Shown: piece after piece, positions 21,599 through 28,017 of the stretch | Layout of the letters: every line of letters starts with the position of its first letter | Position numbering within the stretch: the first letter of the stretch is position 1 | Virus genome (UHGV): UHGV-0120697 | Length of the DNA: 28,017 nt | Direction: 5' to 3' (one strand) | DNA from: a virus | Notes under the pieces: generated by a model | Told to the model about the DNA's origin: nothing | Database searches by the model: none | What the model saw: only the letters and a program-made list of their open reading frames with translations | Position numbers and translations under genes: made by a program

Positions 21599-23475
21599 CC
21601 AGTAAGAACTTTGCACTGATTACAGCCATGACACAGGCTGAACTGACTCAAAAGGTGAATGAACATCTTGCGAAAGGGTGGCATCTTCAGGGGGAGACGC
21701 GGGTTGCCTACGAACCCGGCACCCCGTGGTATCTAATGCAGGCAATGGTGGCCGATGGCACTACAGACATCTCACCTGATTCCCCCCAGCACGGCAGCGT
21801 GCCGGAGTGGTATTACGTGGTGGTACTTGCTGGTCAATCCAATGCCATGTCATATGGTGATGGAATGCCGCTGCCGGATTCTTACGATGCGCCCCACCCA
21901 CGCATTAAGCAACTGGCCCGTCGCAACACAGTGACTCCCGGTGGTAAAGCATGCGCATTTAACGACATCATTCCGGCAGACCACTGCCTGCATGATGTTC
22001 AGGATATGAGCGCACTGAATCATCCGAAGGCAGACCTGAGCAAAGGGCAGTACGGCTGTGTCGGCCAGGGCTTACATATTGCCAAAAAACTGCTCCCGTA
22101 TATCCCGAATAACGCGGGGATCCTGCTGGTACCATGCTGCCGTGGTGGTTCGGCATTCACTCAGGGCGCGGAGGGAACATTCAGTACGACCACGGGGGCC
22201 AGCCAGGATTCGGCGCGCTGGGGTGTGGGTAAACCGTTATATCAGGACCTGATTGCGCGCACTAAAGCTGCATTACAGAAGAACCCGAAAAATGTGTTGC
22301 TGGCGGTGTGCTGGATGCAGGGCGAATTTGACATGAGCGCTGCCACCTACGCACAGCAACCGGACCTGTTCACGGCCATGCTGAAGCAGTTCCGTACTGA
22401 CCTTTCCGGATTTAACGCGCAGTGCCATGGCGGCAGTGCTGCAGTTGTACCGTGGATTTGTGGCGACACGACGTATTACTGGAAAAACACATACGGCACA
22501 CAGTATGACTCCGTCTACGGCGCGTACAAAAACAGGGAGAGCGACAACGTTTTCTTTGTGCCGTTCATGACCGACGGTAACGGCAACAACACGCCCACCA
22601 ACTTACCGGCAGAAGACCCGGATATTGCTGATGCAGGTTATTACGGCGCGCAATCCCGTAGTAATGGTAATTGGGTATCGTCAAATCGTCCGACACATTT
22701 CAGTTCATGGGCGCGCAGGAGCATTATTTCGGATCGCCTGGCAACCGCTATTCTGAACGCAGTTGGTCGAACCAGCGCCTTCATCAGCGGTACCGCACCG
22801 GAGATTAAACCCTCGCCCGGCGGCGACACTCCATCGGGGCCGTCTGATGGTGACACATCCGTTCGTACAGTCTCCCTGCTGCCGACAGCCGGAGAGGCTG
22901 CTGCGCAGGGCTGGACCATCACCGGCGGCAGTGTTGCGCTGGAAGATGGTGTGTTTAAGGTTACCAAGCAGAGCAATAAAACCTGGTCCCTGATGCATCC
23001 GGTGGATGACGCAGTCTCCCTGCTGACACGGGGTGGCAGACTGAGCTGTAAGTTTCGACTGTCAGGCGCACTGACCAACAACCAGTTCGGTCTGGGAATT
23101 TATCTGTATACCGATGTAGCGTTACCTGACGTCGTGGCGATGACCGGGACTGGTAACCCGTTCCTGATGTCGTTCTTCACCCAGACCACAGACGGCAAAC
23201 TGAATCTGATGCATCACAAGAAAGCCGGAAACACAAAGTTGGGCGAGTTCGGGAATTACAGTAACGACTGGCAGACGCTGGAGCTGGTGTTCACCGCCGG
23301 CAGTGCCACGGTTACTCCGAAACTGAATGGAGTGGCTGGCCCGGCATTCCAGGTCATAAAAGACAGTCTGACACTGGGGCTGAATGCGCTGACGTTAACT
23401 GATATCACTAAAAATGCCGCGTACGGCGTCGATATCGGCAGCCTGGTGCTGGAAATCAATAATCCCGCAGCATAA
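21595..23475 (+). CDS. SGNH-hydrolase esterase with N-terminal DUF1737-like region and C-terminal lectin-like domain (NanS-p-like sialate O-acetylesterase candidate); moron
   Basis: GQSN block (VVVLAGQSNAMSYGDG) typical of SGNH/sialate O-acetylesterases; ATGA-coupled to the o-spanin stop; there is no counterpart between lysis and R in P2. Confidence 0.65.
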   Translation: MTSKNFALITAMTQAELTQKVNEHLAKGWHLQGETRVAYEPGTPWYLMQAMVADGTTDISPDSPQHGSVPEWYYVVVLAGQSNAMSYGDGMPLPDSYDAPHPRIKQLARRNTVTPGGKACAFNDIIPADHCLHDVQDMSALNHPKADLSKGQYGCVGQGLHIAKKLLPYIPNNAGILLVPCCRGGSAFTQGAEGTFSTTTGASQDSARWGVGKPLYQDLIARTKAALQKNPKNVLLAVCWMQGEFDMSAATYAQQPDLFTAMLKQFRTDLSGFNAQCHGGSAAVVPWICGDTTYYWKNTYGTQYDSVYGAYKNRESDNVFFVPFMTDGNGNNTPTNLPAEDPDIADAGYYGAQSRSNGNWVSSNRPTHFSSWARRSIISDRLATAILNAVGRTSAFISGTAPEIKPSPGGDTPSGPSDGDTSVRTVSLLPTAGEAAAQGWTITGGSVALEDGVFKVTKQSNKTWSLMHPVDDAVSLLTRGGRLSCKFRLSGALTNNQFGLGIYLYTDVALPDVVAMTGTGNPFLMSFFTQTTDGKLNLMHHKKAGNTKLGEFGNYSNDWQTLELVFTAGSATVTPKLNGVAGPAFQVIKDSLTLGLNALTLTDITKNAAYGVDIGSLVLEINNPAA

Positions 23476-23498
23476 GGAAGAGCAGGAGAGCAAAACAG

Positions 23499-23966
23499 AT
23501 GCTTAAGACAAACAGTCTGCGAGAGTCCATGCTTCATGGGTGTCGGTGGTGCCAGGCTAATCCCGAGAAATTCACCATTTTCGTGGAGAGCGGCAACATT
23601 GAAACGACCGGAGAAGCGCCCTCGTTTGTTTACCGCTATCAGATGGTGATGTTTGTCATGGATTACGCCGGAGAGCTGGACGACCTCACGCTGCCGCTGC
23701 TGGCGTGGTTATCCGAAAATCAGCCACAGTTGTTGCTCAATCCGGAGCGTAATCAGGACATCAAATTTTCTGCCGTTATCAATGACGATGACAGCGCCGA
23801 TCTCCTGTTTACGCTCCCCCTGCGGGAACGCGTTCGCATCACGCGCAACAGTCAGGGCACACCGCAGGCAGAACACCTGCCGGAGCCAAAACCCCGTCTG
23901 CCTTCTTCCGAAGGCGACTGGTCGCATGTATTCCAGGATGTGACGTGGGGTGAAAGCGATGGATAA
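23499..23966 (+). CDS. R: Tail completion protein, P2 gpR-like
   Basis: 155 aa; N-terminus MLKTNSLRESM... and LPLLAWLSENQP segment match my recollection of gpR; position before S. Confidence 0.8.
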   Translation: MLKTNSLRESMLHGCRWCQANPEKFTIFVESGNIETTGEAPSFVYRYQMVMFVMDYAGELDDLTLPLLAWLSENQPQLLLNPERNQDIKFSAVINDDDSADLLFTLPLRERVRITRNSQGTPQAEHLPEPKPRLPSSEGDWSHVFQDVTWGESDG

Positions 23967-24594
23967 GGCATTCACCAGCGTGGATGAAACCTTTGAGGCT
24001 ATCCGCGACAGCCTGAATCAGCAGGCCATCAATAACATCGCCAGAAAGCTGGCACAGGATTTACGTCGCGCCCAGCAGGCGCGTATCCGGTCACAAAAAG
24101 CGCCGGACGGGACCGAATGGACACCACGCAGACGCCGCGTAACCCGGATACAGGAGCGCATTCGCTTTATCTGGAATAACGAAGCACGCACGCTGAAAAA
24201 CTGGCATCACGACACGGGGAAATACGGGCGAACCATTACCGGGTGGGATGAGGATAAAAACAATATCCGCACGTTTTACCGGGATGACATCGACCGTTTT
24301 CTGGAAATACGCACCCGGCGCATCAACCAGGACAGCACAAAGCGCGTCCCCATGTTCGTAAAACTGCGCACCGCCCGCTACCTGAAAGCCCGTGCAGATG
24401 CCTCCGGTGTGACGGTGGGTTACAGCGGCGTGGCCGCACGTATTGCACGCGTTCATCAGTTCGGTGAGCGCGATCAGGTTGCGCCGGGCATTTTCACCGA
24501 TTACCCGGTACGTGAGCTGTTGGGTATCAGCCAGGCAGATGAGCGCCTGATTTATAACACGGTGCTGGGCCGGATTGCGGAGGCTGTACGGTGA
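23959..24594 (+). CDS. S: Tail completion/virion morphogenesis protein, P2 gpS-like
   Basis: Position between R and V; ATG at 23959 overlaps the R end; longer than P2 gpS, so assignment rests mainly on synteny. Confidence 0.65.
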   Translation: MDKAFTSVDETFEAIRDSLNQQAINNIARKLAQDLRRAQQARIRSQKAPDGTEWTPRRRRVTRIQERIRFIWNNEARTLKNWHHDTGKYGRTITGWDEDKNNIRTFYRDDIDRFLEIRTRRINQDSTKRVPMFVKLRTARYLKARADASGVTVGYSGVAARIARVHQFGERDQVAPGIFTDYPVRELLGISQADERLIYNTVLGRIAEAVR

Positions 24595-25172
24595 GCGCAG
24601 AACTCATGCGACTGCTGAGCAACATCATCCGCACCGGGATCATCTCTGAAGTTGATGAGAAGTCCTGGCGCGTGCGCGTTCGCAGCGGCGAACTGGAAAC
24701 AGGCTGGTTGCGCTGGAACACCACGCGCGCGGGAGCCTTCAATGTGTGGCTGCCGCCATCACCAGGCGAACAGGTGGTAATTGCCTGCATTGGCGGCAAC
24801 CCGGAAACCGCCATGATAATTGGCAGCCTGTGGAGTGATGCCAGTCCGGCCCCCGGCAAAAGCCTGAAAGAAATCGTGGTCAGCGCGCCGGATGGCGCGG
24901 TGTTCCGCTACGACGCAGACGCTGGCGCACTGAGCGCCAGCGGCATGAAAACAGCCACCCTGCAGGCATCCGTCAGCGTGACACTGGATACGCCCGTCGT
25001 GGAATGCACAAACCTTCTGAGAACAGCGACGCTTGACGTCACAAAAGGGGGAAAGATGAGCGGCAATATCACGCACAGCGGCGGCAACTTCACCTCAAAC
25101 GGCATCACAGTGCATACGCATAAACACGGTGGTGTGAAAGGCGGCAGCGATTCGACAGGAGGCCCGCAGTGA
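24591..25172 (+). CDS. V: Baseplate assembly/spike protein, P2 gpV-like
   Basis: IRTGII..., ...VHTHKHGGV... segments match my recollection of gpV; GTG start overlapping the S stop. Confidence 0.85.
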   Translation: MSAELMRLLSNIIRTGIISEVDEKSWRVRVRSGELETGWLRWNTTRAGAFNVWLPPSPGEQVVIACIGGNPETAMIIGSLWSDASPAPGKSLKEIVVSAPDGAVFRYDADAGALSASGMKTATLQASVSVTLDTPVVECTNLLRTATLDVTKGGKMSGNITHSGGNFTSNGITVHTHKHGGVKGGSDSTGGPQ

Positions 25173-25519
25173 CAACCCGCTACACAGGAATGAATCCGGA
25201 CGGGACGGGAAACCTGAATGATATGGAGCACCTGAAACAGTCAGCCAGGGACATCCTGACCACCCCGCTGGCCAGCCGGGTTATGCGACGGGAATATGGC
25301 AGCCTTGTACCTGATTTGATTGACGAACCCATGAATAACACCACGCGTCTGCAATGCATGAGTGCTGCCGTGATTGCGCTGACACGATGGGAACCCCGCA
25401 TTGCCCTGGACGCCATCGACGTTGTCTGGAAAGCGGGAGGCCGCGCCGGGGTGACGCTGTCGGGCACTGTCATGCAGACCATGCAGAATGTTGAGTTAAC
25501 CATCACGCTGAGGGAGTAA
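25169..25519 (+). CDS. W: Baseplate wedge protein, P2 gpW-like
   Basis: MTTRYTGMN... and PLASRVMRREYGSL match my recollection of gpW (GTG start). Confidence 0.85.
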   Translation: MTTRYTGMNPDGTGNLNDMEHLKQSARDILTTPLASRVMRREYGSLVPDLIDEPMNNTTRLQCMSAAVIALTRWEPRIALDAIDVVWKAGGRAGVTLSGTVMQTMQNVELTITLRE

Positions 25520-25522
25520 ATC

Positions 25523-26419
25523 ATGCCTGCTGTTGACCTTTCCCAGTTACCGGAACCCGCCATCATCGCGAAGCCTGATTTTGAGGCAATTCTGGCTGAC
25601 ACAAAGGCCATGATGATTGCGTCCTATCCTGCCGAACAGCGTGAAGCCGTCTCCGCCGCGCTGGAGCTGGAATCGGAACCCCTGAACGTTATCGCCCAGA
25701 CAACAGCGTTTCGTGAAATGCTGTTACGCCAGCGGGTCAATGAGGGTGCACGCGCCTGCATGTTAAGCCACAGCGCCGGGACAGACCTGGACAACCTCGC
25801 GGGCAATATGAACACAAAGCGCCTGGTTATCACTCCGGCAACGGATACCACCGACGCGGTGATGGAAAGCGACACATCGCTGAGACTGCGGGCGCAACGG
25901 GCGTATGACGGTCTGAGTGTTGCTGGCCCGTCAGGCGCATACGAGTATTTTGCACGCAGCGCCAGCGGTCTGGTACGCGACGCGCGAGCCATCAGCCCGT
26001 CTCCGGCCAACGTGACGGTTTCCATCCTGTCCACTGAAGGCGACGGCACAGCAACGGAGGCGTTGCTTAATACCGTTCGCGCCGTTCTGAATGCAGAGGA
26101 TACCCGCCCGGTGGCCGACCGCCTGACCGTACAGAGCGCCAGAATCGTGACATGGCGGCTGAATGCAAAACTGTACTTTTACCCCGGCCCGGAATCCGAA
26201 CCTATTCTGGCCGCGGCTGAATCGTCGTTCAGGAAGTGGCTGGCTGAGCAGGGGCTTATCGGTCAGGACGTGGCGTTGTCCGCCATTGCTGCCGCACTGC
26301 ATGTGCACGGTGTGCAACGCGTGGAGATAATCGAACCCACACAGAATATGGCCATCAGCGACATACAGGCGGCGCGCTGTGAGTCATTCACCATCAGCGA
26401 AGGTGGACGCAATGAGTAA
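25523..26419 (+). CDS. J: Baseplate assembly protein, P2 gpJ-like
   Basis: 298 aa; order V-W-J-I. Confidence 0.85.
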   Translation: MPAVDLSQLPEPAIIAKPDFEAILADTKAMMIASYPAEQREAVSAALELESEPLNVIAQTTAFREMLLRQRVNEGARACMLSHSAGTDLDNLAGNMNTKRLVITPATDTTDAVMESDTSLRLRAQRAYDGLSVAGPSGAYEYFARSASGLVRDARAISPSPANVTVSILSTEGDGTATEALLNTVRAVLNAEDTRPVADRLTVQSARIVTWRLNAKLYFYPGPESEPILAAAESSFRKWLAEQGLIGQDVALSAIAAALHVHGVQRVEIIEPTQNMAISDIQAARCESFTISEGGRNE

Positions 26420-27020
26420 TTCGTTGTTACCCCCATCAGCCAGCAATTTCATGCGTTGTGCCGAAGCCGTCGGAACACGCATTACAGACATTCCGGTAGA
26501 CCTCAACACGTTGTGGTCGCCGGACACCTGCCCGGTGCATCTGCTGCCTTATCTCGCCTGGGCGTTTTCCGTTGACCGCTGGGATCGCAACTGGCCGGAA
26601 GAGACAAAGCGACAGGTGATTCGTGATGCATGGCTGATACACCGACACAAAGGGACCATCAGCGCACTGCGAAGAGCCGTGGAGGCTCTCGGCTACCTGA
26701 TTGAAGTAAAGGAGTGGTGGCAACTCAATGAGGAGCCTGGGACATTTCGCATTGTTGTCGGAGTACTTGATCAGGGCATCACCGATGAAATGTATCAGGA
26801 ACTTGAGCGCCTTATTGCGGATGCAAAACCAGTAAGTCGCCATCTGACGGGGCTGGCGATCAGCCTGAGTGTGAACGGAAAGATTTTCGTTGGTACGGGA
26901 TGCTATTACGGCGACGCCCTGACGGTTTATCCCTACACCCCGGAGTCCATTATTGTCGAAGGGGATTATTTCCCTGCCCCGGCCATTCATTTAATTGATA
27001 ATCTGAGAGTAAACGCATGA
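26412..27020 (+). CDS. I: Baseplate protein, P2 gpI-like
   Basis: ATG at 26412 overlaps the J end; order J-I-H. Confidence 0.8.
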   Translation: MSNSLLPPSASNFMRCAEAVGTRITDIPVDLNTLWSPDTCPVHLLPYLAWAFSVDRWDRNWPEETKRQVIRDAWLIHRHKGTISALRRAVEALGYLIEVKEWWQLNEEPGTFRIVVGVLDQGITDEMYQELERLIADAKPVSRHLTGLAISLSVNGKIFVGTGCYYGDALTVYPYTPESIIVEGDYFPAPAIHLIDNLRVNA

Positions 27021-28017
27021 CAGTGAAATACTACGCCATTCTGACTAATCAGGGCGCGGCACGACTGGCTAACGCGACGATGCTCGGCAGTAAGCTGAAT
27101 CTGACGCAAATGGCCGTTGGTGATGCAAATGGTGTGTTACCAACACCAGACCCTGCACAAACAAAACTGATTAACCAGAAACGCATTGCACCGCTGAATC
27201 TTCTGAGTGTTGACCCTAACAATCAGAGCCAGATTATTGCGGAGCAAATCATCCCTGAAAGCGAGGGAGGATTCTGGATCCGTGAGATTGGTCTTTATGA
27301 TGATGAAGGTGTACTCATTGCGGTGGCAAACTGCCCGGAAACGTACAAACCGCAGTTGCAGGAAGGCAGTGGACGCACCCAGACTATCCGCATGATTCTG
27401 GTTGTCACGAACACCGAAGCCATCACGCTGAAAATCGACCCGTCTGTGGTTCTGGCAACCCGCAAATATGTGGATGATAAAATCTCAAAGCACGAACAGT
27501 CACGACGTCACCCGGACGCCTCGCTGACCACAAAAGGCTTTGTTCAACTTAGCAGCGCCACCAACAGCACCTCTGAAACGCTGGCCGCCACACCAAAAGC
27601 CGTCAAGGCGGCATACGACCTTGCAGCCGGCAAGGCCCCCGTCAGCCACACTCACCCGTGGAGTCAGATAACGGGAGTGCCTGCTGCCTCGCTGACGGCA
27701 AAAGGCACCGTACAATTGAGCAGTGCCATCAACAGCACGTCTGAAATACTGGCCGCCACACCGAAAGCGGTCAAGGCTGCATACGATCTGGCAAACGGAA
27801 AACAACCGGCAGATGCCACGCTCACTGCTCTGGCAGGACTTGCCACTGCAGCAGATCGGTTGCCTTATTTTACCGGAGCAGACCGCGCAGCGCTGGCAAC
27901 CCTTACAGCTATTGGTCGCGCTATTATCGCTAAGGGCAGTATAAAAGATGTCCTCAATTACCTTGGTTTGGGGGAAGGCTCTGCATTGCCTGTTGGTGTA
28001 CCGGTTCCATGGCCCAC
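27017..28017 (+). CDS. H: Tail fibre protein, P2 gpH-like (5' partial, runs off the window)
   Basis: ATGA-coupled to I. Not in the track because no stop is reached; translation MTVKYYAILTNQGAARLANATMLGSKLNLTQMAVGDANG... with a repeated KG(F/T)VQLSSA(T/I)NSTSE(T/I)LAATPKAVKAAYDLA motif. Confidence 0.85.
   Translation, partial: MTVKYYAILTNQGAARLANATMLGSKLNLTQMAVGDANGVLPTPDPAQTKLINQKRIAPLNLLSVDPNNQSQIIAEQIIPESEGGFWIREIGLYDDEGVLIAVANCPETYKPQLQEGSGRTQTIRMILVVTNTEAITLKIDPSVVLATRKYVDDKISKHEQSRRHPDASLTTKGFVQLSSATNSTSETLAATPKAVKAAYDLAAGKAPVSHTHPWSQITGVPAASLTAKGTVQLSSAINSTSEILAATPKAVKAAYDLANGKQPADATLTALAGLATAADRLPYFTGADRAALATLTAIGRAIIAKGSIKDVLNYLGLGEGSALPVGVPVPWP
27518..27793 (+). repeat. Two in-frame copies of a roughly 108-bp (36-aa) repeat within the tail fibre gene, 168 bp apart
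   Basis: ASLTTKGFVQLSSATNSTSETLAATPKAVKAAYDLA and ASLTAKGTVQLSSAINSTSEILAATPKAVKAAYDLA; coordinates approximate. Confidence 0.5.

Noticed and set aside
27500-27846. Minus-strand ORFs inside tail fibre gene H
   Set aside because: Antisense artefacts of the in-frame tandem repeat in H; their translations mirror the repeat.
1-28017. CRISPR arrays, insertion sequences or transposases, rRNA
   Set aside because: No regularly spaced repeat-spacer arrays, no transposase-like ORFs or terminal inverted repeats, and no rRNA-like sequence were seen.

Overview
This window reads as the left two-thirds of a P2-like (Peduovirus-type) temperate prophage in an enterobacterial host, with several mosaic cargo insertions. 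All calls are from reading the sequence and translated ORFs by eye and from recalled family features; no database search was run. Layout: tyrosine integrase (50-1042, -) and an HTH repressor (1112-1453, -), diverging across a perfect operator palindrome from a rightward early operon (1558-7067) of small, mostly unrecognisable genes that includes an AT-rich convergent gene pair, a 37-aa membrane micropeptide and a 2-TM protein plus SPFH/band-7 lipoprotein pair; then the HUH rolling-circle replication initiator gpA (7074-9896). The slot between A and the portal gene, which in P2 holds tin/old and is a known hotspot for defence and anti-defence cargo, is filled here by: (i) a ParM/ParR-type actin-like partition cassette preceded by two identical 20-bp palindromes; (ii) a hairpin-insulated four-gene operon whose first product carries a near copy of the host ClpX zinc-binding domain, and whose third gene is bracketed by 17-bp direct repeats; (iii) a strong terminator followed by three helically phased TGCACAA repeats; (iv) an orphan gene sharing a bidirectional terminator with the portal gene. 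The late region is P2-syntenic: Q and P leftward, O N M L X rightward, a lysis cassette (holin, M15 peptidase endolysin, overlapping i-/o-spanins), a translationally coupled SGNH esterase moron (NanS-p-like), then R S V W J I and the 5' part of tail fibre H. The best candidates for an undescribed system are the ClpX-ZBD-led operon and the ParMR cassette in the A-Q hotspot. No tRNA, rRNA, CRISPR array or transposase was recognised.
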